A stretch of 63,836 nt of DNA, counting the filler, from Kipferlia bialata (lineage: Eukaryota), in assembly GCA_003568945.1 (NCBI GenBank). It is 6 parts of 6 records of this genome, joined end to end, with 100 filler letters (N's around TTAATTAATTAA, not from the genome) between each part and the next. Parts side by side here need not be neighbours in the genome. Positions count along the whole stretch, not along the records: positions 1 to 14,684 come from BDIP01000787.1; 5 more parts are not named here. One strand, written 5' to 3'. Made by a program: the position numbers and the translations under genes. The notes under the pieces are model-generated. The model had not been told where the DNA came from. It saw only the letters and a program-made list of their open reading frames with translations, and did no database searches. Below, one piece after another: positions 1 through 11,992 of this stretch. Each line of letters starts with the position of its first letter. The first letter of the stretch is position 1.

Positions 1-7
1 GGGGGGT

Positions 8-56
<49 letters not shown>

Positions 57-212
57 ATTAATGTACATTTTCTGCCCTTACCCAAACTAGAAGAAAGAAG
101 CCAGCACACAAAACCAAGAGAGAGAGCATGTGTATGCACCACACTCCATAATATCTACTACTCACACTATGCAAATCGGCATTCGTGGCTCCGAATCACA
201 AAACCAACCCAC

Positions 213-415
213 CTTCCGATCACAATGAAGCTGCCCTTGTGGTCCTCTAGGTTCACAGCTGGCTCGGGCTTGAGGCCTGGGTGTGGGATGTAGCAGGGAG
301 ATGGGGGATGACGTCCCTCTGCGACCAACACTATGCTATACTATACAATGGGGGAATGCTATCATCTACCTGCGGTGTGCTTGGCAATGAGGGCGGCGTG
401 GTTGGCACGAGGCAT
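213..415 (-). CDS. 5' part of a gene, possibly the start of an FHA domain; 3' part lost at the window/contig edge
   Basis: ATG at 415; intron 319-369 (GTAGAT...CGCAG); spliced product MPRANHAALIAKHTAEGRHPPSPCYIPHPGLKPEPAVNLEDHKGSFIVIGR then a GT donor. 'IVIGR' resembles the first FHA motif, but the match is short. Confidence 0.45.
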
Positions 416-612
416 CGTGCTAGGGTTTCTATAGGTACTATGGAGCTCGGTTTATGAGGTGTGTCGTCGATGTGACAGTCAGAGTGGTATGAAGGGCCGG
501 AATTCAAAACTTGTGGAGTGCACCCTTATGTGATTTTTGGTTTCTGTCTTTCTAAAACCCTTTCTCAGTGTTGTGTCTATCCTTCTTACAGCAAGTCGCT
601 ATAGTATTTGGG

Positions 613-2163
613 ATGAGCGGGACCCCACTAGATACTGCTAAGGACGTATTTGAGATGCCTGGCATTCCTATGAGTGATGTGCGAGTTGAGCGGGAGGCTA
701 TCCAGACGCCCATCCAGCGTAGCTCTTCCAAGTTGGACGATATGTTTGAGGAATGGAAGAGGAGTGAAGTATATAGGGAATATATTAGCCCTTCAGGTGT
801 GTCCAACCCCTCCATCAGCACGTATCCAGTGTACGTGGACTCCACTGGCAAGGTGCTACCCTGCATGGAGGGAGCTAGGCTGTGTGCTGAGGGGGGTGAA
901 GAGGGAGGCGGACGCAGGAGAGGCCAGCGTGGTGTACATACTGAGAGAGATGGCCTACCAGCGCTTATCGGCACATGGTATTACCACTGTGTTCATGTCT
1001 GGAGTAGGTGTGTCCAAGGAGGGGGGCAGCAGATCCACTCACTCTAGACATCCTGTCCCTGTCACTGACCCTCTCTTCATCGATGCCCTCCTGATGCTGG
1101 AGGGAGTGACTAGGGTAACGGCAGAGGATGCAGAGAGGAGGCGCACTCGCTTTGCTACACTCTGTGAAGATGACCACTTCAACGGCAGGTACTAAACACA
1201 CATTTATACATATATATACTATATTTGTCACATATGATGTGTATGTCGACCCAGTTACACAGCAGTATTTTCCTAATCCATGTGTCATATATAAGTATGA
1301 TCAGTGTTCAAAATTTGTGCTCATACCCCCCCCCTCCCCCCCACCCCGGCCTTATCTCTAACCTTGAAGATAGATATAGATATATTCACCCATATATTCA
1401 CCCATATATTCACCCATATATTCCCCCACAACTTCTTCCTCCTCTGTCCACTCTATACACTTACCATAGGTACTCCCACATGTCAGATGCTGCTGCCGCC
1501 GCTCTACAGTGCCTGAGTCGCACCACTGTCATCACAGCCATGCGTACAGTCCATAAGGCTCTCACAGAGAGTGGAGACCCTGTTCGTGTACGTCTCTCCC
1601 TTCCTGCTGCTGACCCTATCCCAGCTGGTGGGGCAGTGGTGTGGAGGTGTGTGGAGGGGGTGAGGCAGTACCTATCAGTGGCGGGGGAGAGCGATCTCGC
1701 AATGAATACCATTGATTCCCTACAGGAGCTCCAGACCCGGATCAGGCAGTGTGGGTCGACTATGGATGTGCAGATGCTCACTAGGATTCACCGGAGTACC
1801 ATCAGCACTGCTGTGGCCATGTGCCTGGCCTACAGTGACCAGTATGGGTCAGGGGCAGGCAGGGCCAACTCTATGGTCAAGTGGGGTCAGTGTCATAGTC
1901 TTGTCCACATGTCCAAGAGGAAGTATCAGTGTGTGCTAGAGAGAGTGGATCCAGGCAGATCTAAGGTACCTAGAGGAGCAAGGGGGACTAGGGGTAGTGG
2001 GTACCAGACTAGAGATACTCGGGGAAGTAAGGGAGTAGGGAGAACTAGGGATAGTAGAGAGGGTATAGGGGGAAGAGGTGCTGGCCTAGCACGGAGGGGG
2101 AGAGGGAGAGAGAAGTGTCCATGGGTTGAGCGGTCATTCCCCAATGGTCGTGGCATGTTCTAG
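613..2163 (+). CDS. Hypothetical multi-exon protein with a G/R-rich basic C-terminus
   Basis: Coding-like blocks at 613-~770, ~797-1187 and ~1470-2163 separated by AT/C-rich intron-like DNA; ends with TAG at 2161-2163; no recognisable domain; exact splice sites uncertain. Confidence 0.5.
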
Positions 2164-2590
2164 TGAAGCGGGACAGCTCTCTCTCTCTCTCTCTCTCTCT
2201 CTATACATATCACTGTCTTGAGCCACTCATGGCGTGTTCTAGTAGTAGAGTGGGGGTTGTGTGAGAGGGTGAGAGAGGGAGGGGAGGGAGAGAAATATGT
2301 TTAGTATCACAGAGAGTCACTGCCTAATCCCAATTACACAATGTGTGTGTGTGGTTGTGGTTAGGGTGGGTCTTTGCGTTATTGGCTGCAGTTCCCTCCT
2401 TTAGTTGGAGTATTAATATATTGTTAGATTATTAGACGTAGTGTGGGTACGACAGATATGAGAGTATTACATATACGCGGATATCTGTTCTAATACATAG
2501 GTACTCTTGCACTCCATACTCTGACTGTCAACTCAAACAAACTGCTCTCTGCTATATTTGAACACTGAAGCAATCACCCAAGAATGTTAT

Positions 2591-2619
2591 ATACGATACG
2601 ATACGATACGATACGATAC
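2591..2619. repeat. (ATACG)n pentanucleotide microsatellite
   Basis: atacgatacgatacgatacgatacgatac read directly, intergenic. Confidence 0.85.
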
Positions 2620-2767
2620 CTGTAACCTTCGAGGTATCGTGAAGATGGCTCAAAGGCCTACTAATCAGCAGCTAATCCTGCTGAAAGTTGAAGACTCACT
2701 CCACCTACTACCAACTACCAACTAACCATCGTGTAGTAATTGTGTTTCTACACAATATGGCTACTAT

Positions 2768-4263
2768 TCAGCACCCCAAGTATGCATCCTGCCAGGTGTA
2801 TGTGGAGTGTGTCTGCACTGCACCTTTGGCCATGCCATCAGGGGAGGGGTACTCAGGCATACCAGTGAAGATGAAGTCACTATGGTTAGTTATGTATATA
2901 TACATATATATACAACTACAATTATTGTCTATAGTGTATGGACCAAGGGATGAAGTCACTGAAGTCAGTTGCAAATAGATATAGTACAGTATACAGACAT
3001 TCGCACATATATGTGTATACATGTATTCAACCGATCAATAACCATATTTCCACTCACCTCTGGTAGGGGTCTAGGGCCACAACGGTACCCAGGGCAAAGC
3101 CGGCATCACCTGACGTTACACTACATTATACATATATATACATATGTATATATATACTTGTGTTCTAAAAATTGAATTATTATATTATTAATGGCACAGC
3201 GCCACTTCGGCACCACCAGGGAGAGTGCTCACTTCATAAACGCACATATACATATATATCAATAAATATATCAACAAGAGTAAGTGTCATATTGGTGACT
3301 GCGTTCATACCTGTCAGTAGGCCCATTCTACCCCACCCGTCACCCTCATTCACGGTGTACTCATACACACCACCAGCACCCTCACCATAGTGCTTGTCAT
3401 CCCTGCCTATAGTAAGACATACACATATATATATGTGTGTGTGTGTATACTATATATGTTGCCCTGGTGTGAGACATCACAAACACTACCACTCAAATTT
3501 ACAGCAGATATATATATATATATCATTTACATTTAGAGAATGTATCTGGTGCCTCACGTACAGAGCAATATGCATGACCCCATACCCATACATTCAATGC
3601 AGTATAGTGAATGTGACATATACACATAGATAATATACCTGGTGCACCCAAGTACACAGCCCTATACAAACACATCAGTACACTACTATAACCACAGCGG
3701 TACACTGTATGCAAACATAATATATATATATATATAATATACATGAAATTGATACACATATATATATATGCATTTCAATATATGTATATATATACAGGTT
3801 CTATACCTGGTGCACCCACGTACACATGCATGTACTCAGCTGTCACACTAGTGCCCAGGTGGCCATGGGGACGGGTGCCTGCCGTTCAGCGTATAGACGT
3901 ACACCGTTTACCGTAGGGTATAGCGAAAAGGACGTACTATGTATTCCTCCCAAGACACTTACAAAGCCATGTAAAACAATAGGGTCACGTACGGATGAAA
4001 ACCATATGGTTAACATATATATTGCTGTACCTCCCATGATGCCCTGCCAGCCGGATGCAAAGCGTGGATAGTCCTCTTTGACGTGTCTTGTGGTGTGAGA
4101 GATAGAGAGACAGCTAAACATATATCCTACACTCATACTTTAGCACTCATTAGTGTACCTGTACCACATTGTGGCCCCACTCTCTCTCTCTCTCTCTATA
4201 TATACTATAGGCACTCATTCATATTCCTGTACCACATTGTGGCCCCTCTCCCTCTCTCTCCCC

Positions 4264-4296
<33 letters not shown>

Positions 4297-7173
4297 ATTT
4301 ACACTAACCTATACCACATTGTGGCCCCACCCGCATTGGGGTATGGCCCATCACCAGCACGCGCACAGTCACCCTTCAGGGTAGGGCAGCCTAGAATGAA
4401 TATCTAGGATTACACTTAGTTACACATATATCTGTATGTGCAGTGCACAGTCACCCCTCAGGGTGGGACAGCCTATGGTGAGGGATGACAACAACGTAAA
4501 TTGCATCAGGATTGTGTATCTTATGTCTGTGGTATGTATTATTAATGATTCAGGGTGGGACAGCCTGGATATATTGTATAAATATATATATAGACATATA
4601 TATATAGAGAGAGAGATAGAGTAAGAAAGCCTCGCACAGTCACCCTTCAGGGTGGGACTGGTATAAATACACATACGTGTGTGTAATAATAGGAGAGCTC
4701 TCTCCCATGACTGAATATCCTATACATAACTCCCACCTGCCACCAGTGTGTCGTGTGTGTCCACCTCATGCTACAAGAAGTGTGATACATGTATAAATAC
4801 ATACACACATATATATATATACACAAATGTAAATACAGGGCATATACCTGCCACCAGTGTGTCGTGTGTGTCCACCTCATGGTACCCGTGGGGGGAGCAG
4901 ATGTGTAATGCCTGTGTCAGGATCAGTAAATATATAGCTTAGTATATACGTTATATGAACATGTACTTACTTAGGTTGGGGACTGTAGATGTTAAATGCC
5001 TGTGCCAGGATCATCACATATATACACTATTATGGAAGTATATATACCTAAATATATGTATACACATACCAGAGTGAGAGGCCCTGTGCATGACCCATGG
5101 TCATGGTCATCCTGCCAACTGGGGTCAGATGTAGTCAAAAGAAGTCAGCAGAAGTCAATAATAGTCAAGAGATACAAATGTGACAATAAGACAATACCTA
5201 AGGCTTTCTACCAGCTCGAACGGTGTGTCCCCCCACATGTCGTACTGGTACACGTCAATGTGGCCGTACTTGGATGTGCCCACAGCGATGGATTCCTGTG
5301 ATTAACACTATACTCGTGTTATCATTAATATACTCCTATGTCGCACATTGACGAACCAACCACAATGGTTATCCCAGTCAAAGAATGTAGATACATCAAT
5401 AACGCAAATATACCAGGTCTCATACTTATACTCCATCGACTTGTACGTACACTTATTTACGATACTAAATGGTAACACACATATCAACGTTACTAACTAA
5501 TACACCACTCACCCCGTCTGCGGCCATCGATGTGCCGTAGCCATAGTAGTCGTACTGGCGTCAGCGTTTTGAAAGGACAAGTCATATTTAGACTCAATGC
5601 CAATTTATGGTATTGTACAGAGTCAAAAGAGTGAAAATTCTCTGTGTCATTCATTGAGTATTGTTCTCTTCCCACCTTGTTCGATGTGTATGTTGCTTCA
5701 TACTCAAAGGGCAGGAGGTCTTCATTGCTGAGGAGGGTATGATAGACATGGAAGGCACCTCTATAAGTTAGTAGTGTAGTACAATATATGTATATAATAT
5801 ATGTAAATGACTAGTAAGTAATAGCTAAAGGGGGTCTGATAGACGTGGTAGGTACCCCTAAACTAGTTAGTATACAATTAATACATAAACACAATACATA
5901 AACACAATACATAAAATGTATATATTGTATATATAATTGACTAGTAAGCAATAGCTGAAGAATGTCTGATAGTTTAGTATGAATTCAATAAATATATATG
6001 ATGAGAATATATATATAGACAACATACATATAAGCGACTTGTAATAAATAGAAATAGCTAAAGGGGGTCTGGTAGAGTGGCTGAGTTGGGATATGATCCA
6101 TGTAGTACAATTGTTATTATACACATGTATCGATATCATTCAATACTATACATGTAAGTACCTCCCATTGTTGGCTCTGGGAGACCCCACTGCCAGTGTG
6201 GCGGTGACAGAGCAATAACACTATAACCTATACAGACCATTATGATTCTAGTATATATTCACACATATGGATACCTTCCGCCGTTTGCACTGGGAGACCC
6301 CACTGCCAGTGTGGCTGAGTCGGCACTTTGAAGGGTCAGAGCCTGGGTATCAGCATCAGTATCATAAAACTATATGTATATTTATTGGAATATATATACA
6401 TATTTTATTACACTTTTACAATGTGTGGCTGAGTTGGCATGTTGCAGAGTCAGGGCCTAGGGTTCAGTATGAGATATATATATTTATATATATATACATG
6501 TATATATATGGCAAATTGGAGAGTCAGGGCCTGATACCAATCAGACTGGATGGATTATATCTGTTTGCATTACATTGCGGTAGACTATCACTAGGCCTAG
6601 TAGTTACATAATATATTATACATAGTACACAGGCTTTCCACCTGTACATACAAACGAATGTGAATATGATATACCTGTCCATATGTCACTGGAGGGGTCA
6701 GTATATACATAATAATAGTATATATATATAATAGTATATAATAATATATAATAGTATATATATAATGTGCATAATCCACTTCTACGTGTCCATATGCCTC
6801 CTCTGCCTCAGATGGAGGGGTCAGTGTATGCATAAGTATATATATGTATATATACAAAATGTATACATATACATATGTATATATAACGTGTATTACACAC
6901 GGTACCTGTCCATATGCCTCCTCTGCCTCAGATGGAGGGGTCAGGGTCTGAATGTGTATGTATGTGTCCCTGCGAGAGGGCCTAAGGGGTAAGAACAACT
7001 ATAACTAAGGGACCATCAGTGGACTGGGAAAATATATAAATGTATTTTATAGAAATCTCAATATGTGTATATATATAATGTGTTTCACACACTGTGGTCT
7101 ACCTCTTGTATACATACACGACACCACCCTCAGTGGACTGGGCACCCACTGCAATGATAGAAGGGTGCTGAAG

Positions 7174-7223
<50 letters not shown>

Positions 7224-8808
7224 CACTGCAATGATAGAAGGGTGCTGCAGTATGAGAGAGAGGGAGAGGGGGGGGGAGAGAGAGAACGAGAAAGAGAGAG
7301 TCCATTGCGATGACATCCGAAGTTCAGCACGTCAAAGAGTTCATATATATACACATATACATATAGTATAATACTAATAGCACATACCAGCATAGCAATA
7401 CTGGCCCCGAAGTTCTGGACATCATCAGTGGGGGGCTCAAGGGTCTGGTAGTGTCAGTATATACATATGTAGGTATATCAAGAGAGGGAGAGAGAGAGAG
7501 AGAGAGAGAGAGATCCTCTGGGGGTGGCTCAAGGGTCTGATAGTGTCAGAGTATAGAGAGAGAGCGAAAGAGAGAGAGAGCGAAAGAGAGCGAGAGAGAG
7601 AGATAGATACATACCTGCACATACTCCCAGCCTAGGAACTCGTCCTCGTCGACAATAAGGGTGTAGAGAGAGAGGTATAAATATATTAATATACCTGTAC
7701 ATATATATATATATATATATACATACCTGCACATACTCCCAGCCTAGGAACTCGTCCTCGTACGTAGTGTCTACGATGTACAGGAAGACACATCCTAGAT
7801 GAATTAGGGTCTCGAGAGAGAGAGAGAGAGAGAGAGAGGGACATCCCCGCGATTGTTCAATACCAAGACCCTTACAGGAGGAGTGAACACATACTCTATG
7901 TGACTTTACCCACACATACATACAGAGTCTCTATGTGATGAAGGTATATCATATACCACACATACATCATACCTTGACTTCCATTGTCGTTGTTGGACAA
8001 AGGAGCACCCACAGCCATCCAGCCACCTGGGTGTCACGTTATGGACATGTGGACACAAATACTCACGTAGATACATTCTATTCAGATGCTAATCTATAAG
8101 TACATACCTTCCACTACCAGCACTGTTCCGAACCCATTGTCCTCTGGGCTGGGGTTGGTCACATTGAACGAGACATGGTTATTGTCTGGTGTTAGAGAGA
8201 TAGATAGTAGAGAGAGAGAGAGATAGAGACGGAGAGAGGGTTGGTCGCATTGTACGAGACATATTTACTATTTGATGTAAGAGAGATAAATAGTAGAGAG
8301 AGAGGGGGGGGGGGGTTGGTCACATTGAACGAGACAATCTTATTGCGGGGGACTTAAACAAATATTGTCTGATGTTAGAGAGAGCATGAGAGAACGGTAT
8401 ATGAAATAATAGTAACAGGAGGGAGGAATGACCAATCTCTTATGTAGCCCTCTCTTCACCTCACAACACTATCTATAGCGTATATAAAGCCATGGTATGC
8501 GATGGCAAAGGGGACAGAATAGAGGGAGAGAGAGAGAGAGCACCAGACACAGGTGTACACGGAGGTAGAGAAAATGAAATATGGGGGAGGGGGGGAGAGG
8601 GGTGTCACACGTATGCCTAACTGTATGAGGTACATATACACAGAACCTTTGAAGCAGAAGAGAGAGAGAGAGATCGTAAGAGGAATACACTTGCATATGC
8701 TGGCCTTTTGAAGATACACTATTCCATATATGCAGTGATATCCCAGATACCTGCAAGAGCTCCCTGCAGGAGAAGTGCCAGAAGCACGCAGAGTGCGACG
8801 CCTTGCAT
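2768..8808 (-). CDS. Secreted FG-GAP repeat (integrin-alpha-type beta-propeller) protein, about 20 short exons
   Basis: Hand splicing gives signal peptide MQGVALCVLLALLLQGALA followed by seven FG-GAP-like blades: FGTVLVVEGGWMAVGAP..GCVFLY; NFGASIAMLHPSIIAVGAQ..GVVYVY; YGQALTLQSADSATLAVGSP..GAFHVY; YGTSMAADGESIAVGT..GHIDVY; DTLVAGCP..GGATMWY; LGTSVTAEYMHVYVGAPG..GGVYEY; LGTVVALDPYQSDFIFTGMP..GAVQTH. Stop TGA at 2768-2770. The exon phases I checked are consistent. Largely invisible in the ORF track. Confidence 0.8.
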
Positions 8809-9326
8809 TGAGCTGAGAGAGCAGCAAGAAGAGGCAAGAGAGAGTTGATAAGTGATAAAAGATTCTAGTGAACGGTCCAGAACGGTCAAAGAGACATCGG
8901 TGTGAGAAGGAATAAGGGTGAAAACACGAGAACACTGACTCCCACGCTCTCTCTCATTCCAATTCTCTTTCTACTATGTAAAGCGCAAGTGAGGCAATGG
9001 CATAGCCACCAGTCTCGTTGCTCAGATCAGGTCAACTGATACTAATCATAGATGCTCTACATAACCCTTTTCTCATTTCTCTCACCCACCTAGAGTCTTT
9101 TATTTGAGGGTCCCAGGGAATCTGAACGTCCCAACATAAAATCATNNNNNNNNNNNNNNNNNNNNNNNNNNNNNNNNNNNNNNNNNNNNNNNNNNNNNNN
9201 NNNNNNNNNNNNNNNNNNNNNNNNNNNNNNNNNNNNNNNNNNNNNNNNNNNNNNNNNNNNNNNNNNNNNNNNNNNNNNNNNNNNNNNNNNNNNNNNNNNN
9301 NNNNNNNNNNNNNNNNNNNNNNNNTA

Positions 9327-11126
9327 CCACTTCTTAATCTTCTTCTGAAATTGAGCAGCCTGCCTCTTCTTTGCAGCCTCTAGCCGCTGCCTCTCCCTCT
9401 TACCTTGTTCCCATGCCCTCCTGAAGGCACTAGGGGTAGCCTGGACCACGTACGTGTCCTCACCGAACTGCAGAGAGAAGGTATACTTCCTGTTGGCATA
9501 CCTGGCTCTCTCTCTCTCAAGCTTCTTGTCTTCTCGAGCCAACCTAGCCATCTCCGCCTGGATCTGCTTCTGTAACTTCTCTGTAGCCTCTCTCTCCTTC
9601 TTCTCACGAGCAGCACGGAGGGTTGCAATCATCTGATCACTGGTAACAATGCAGCAACTAATCCTAGGGTAGCCACTCAACTTGATGCCATCTCTCTCGT
9701 AGCTGTCGTCGTTAGGGGCACACCCGCTGTTTGTGGTGGCAGCATCACGGTTCCTAGGGTAGCAGCCGGTGGTGTGGAAGGCAAGTCGGGCGAGTGGTCC
9801 GTGCATACATGCATGGTATGCACCGACGGCAGAGTCTACCAGAATAAACCTCTCTCTTGCAACCCTACTACTCCTGTACTCGGGGGGAAGATAGGCATTG
9901 GCCAACTCTGGGTGAGTACGGTGCTTGTGGACCAATGCCTGCATATTCTTCTTGAAACCACCCATAAGTCCGACATCGAGAGGTTGGAGGAGATGGGTGG
10001 TGTGGGCCGGGAACGCTGTGAGCTCGATGTTCTTGCCCTTCAGCTTGCTGAGGGACTCCTCGTCCTCACGACTGTTGTGGCCATCGGTGAACACCACCAC
10101 CTTCTGCTCAGGCTTGTTGTACTGGTTGCGCTTGGCCTCGACGTCCTTAATGAGGAGCTCTACCCAATCCTTCCAAATGTCCGTGTTCATCCAGCCAGAG
10201 TCCTGGCCGGATATGTGGCACCTACCGTCCTGATTCAGGCCAGACAGGTCAGGGGGAAGGGTCACAAGGGGTACTATGACCACAGACTTGATGAGGGAGC
10301 CCCGGGCATTGATAGTACAGACCAGAGTGCAGTGGAAGGACAGTTTGGCCTCCTTCCTCATGTTGGCGAACTTGTCGGTCTTGGGGGAGTAGACAACCCT
10401 CAGTCCCTTCTCGTCTAGGGTAAGGCTAGTCTCATCGACGTTGTAGAAGGCCCAGTTGGGGAAAGAGGCCCACTCCTCGGGGTAGGCAGTGTCGAAGAAG
10501 TGGTGGACGTTGCCTCGAGTGCCACAGATCGCACGCCTGTCCTCAATCATCTGGGCACGCTTAGTCTTCAAGTTTTGCCTAGCAGCAAAGCTCCAGTACC
10601 ACCCACTAAACTCTGGCTCTGTATAAACAGGTTCCTTGGACGCTGGAAACCTCTGCAAGTACCTATCACGGTAAGCACTGAACTTCGCACGATGACGCTT
10701 TGCAGCCTTGGGTGAGCTCAAATACTTACTATATCAGAGTATATACATGCAAACAAGTACCTCAGCAGTGATTTCCTTTGGTGTGGGTGTCATCATGTGG
10801 TCCATCTTCATCTCGTCGATCCACCTCACAAGTGCAAGCTCCTCCTCGTTGCTGAAGAACTGGCCTCGCTCTGTCTTGTCATCAGGGTCCCGTCCCTCCT
10901 CTAAACAGACGACTGCTCGCTTGATAGACTTGTGGGGGACCGGCTTGCCTAGTTCTGGTGACAAACAAGTTGACCACTCGTGCACTGAATTGATGCTGCA
11001 GCCGAGATCTAGGACAATCTGAGCGCACACCTTGGTTGGGGAGGATGTGCGGTGCCCAGGGAGGTGTTTATAGTACTCCGCTGGTGTTGTGCTCTTCTTA
11101 GACATCGTAGAAACAAACTGAGGCAT
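9327..11126 (-). CDS. DDE_1 (pogo/Fot1-like, DD35D) transposase with CENP-B-type HTH; two exons, ~582 aa if the TA[N] at the gap edge is the stop
   Basis: Exon 1 11126-10761, 54-nt intron 10760-10707 (GTACTT...CTCACCCAAG), exon 2 10706-9327, joined in frame as ITAE|AAKR. Motifs FYNVDET, VFTDGHNSR, FPAHTTHLLQPLDVG with 35 residues between the 2nd and 3rd Asp; HTH-like FSNEEELALVRWIDEM...GWYWSFAAR. Confidence 0.9.
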
Positions 11127-11233
11127 TTATGCTGGTGGGACGGTGAGGTTGGCTGGGACCCTCAAATAAAAGACTCTACATTTATGCTGGTGGGACGGTG
11201 AGGTTGGCTGGGACCCTCAAATAAAAGACTCTA
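11124..11233. repeat. Exact 55-bp tandem duplication of the transposon 5' end (TIR, leader and ATG)
   Basis: catttatgctggtgggacggtgaggttggctgggaccctcaaataaaagactcta at 11124-11178 and 11179-11233. Confidence 0.95.
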
Positions 11234-11419
11234 AACCATTTCTCTTTTTGATTTGTGTTGTGTGACAAGTGCCACTGTCTACAGCTTGTCAAGCATGCTA
11301 CCCCTCCCATGCAGCCCTCATTCACCCCTCCTTTACACATACAGTGTCAGCGGCAAGGCCTATTAACTCTGTTGGCAGTGTGTAGGCGGAAGCGCCACTG
11401 TGTCTAGACTTTAGCACTT

Positions 11420-11463
<44 letters not shown>

Positions 11464-11464
<1 letters not shown>

Positions 11465-11957
11465 TGCCGGGTGTCGGTATTTCACCGACTATGGAGTCCC
11501 TCCCTCACATACCCTTCTATCCAGAGTGTGTGTGCTGTGAGAGGGGATGTCTGTCAAGGGTGCCACAGGATGTCAGACCTGGGTTGATGGAGGTGAGTAG
11601 CCTAACATGTCTCTCCCACTCTCTCTCTCTTCTGTAGATGCGTATTGTATGTGTTCGCGTGTAATACTCTCATACCTCTTGACAGATCATAAGACTGGTG
11701 GCCGGACGCCGGACTTATTGGTTCCCCCCCCCCCCCACCGTCTCTCTCACTCTTTCTGTTTCATTGTCAAGGGGTAATTATCCGTAACAGTACTAATGTC
11801 TCTTACTTCCAGACATATGATATGTGCCTCGGGACCTGTCCTACGGGACCAGGATACTGCATAGAGGTATATATAGAGTATGTATATATATATATAGTGT
11901 CCAGGCTACTGCAAAGAGGTAGTGTGTCTCTGCCCCCATCTCGGGTTACCCATACTG

Positions 11958-11992
<35 letters not shown>

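Larger units (their letters stand above)
9091..11233 (-). mobile_element. Tc1/mariner-superfamily pogo/Fot1-like DNA transposon (~2.1 kb), TA target-site duplication, 24-bp TIRs
   Basis: TA+GAGTCTTTTATTTGAGGGTCCCAG at 9091-9116 is the exact reverse complement of CTGGGACCCTCAAATAAAAGACTC+TA at 11153-11178 and again at 11208-11233; these enclose a DDE transposase. Confidence 0.92.

Noticed and set aside
1..55. Poly-G runs as telomere or G-quadruplex elements
   Set aside because: Homopolymers occur at most contig ends and inside introns upstream of acceptors; their lengths are unreliable and no telomeric unit is present.
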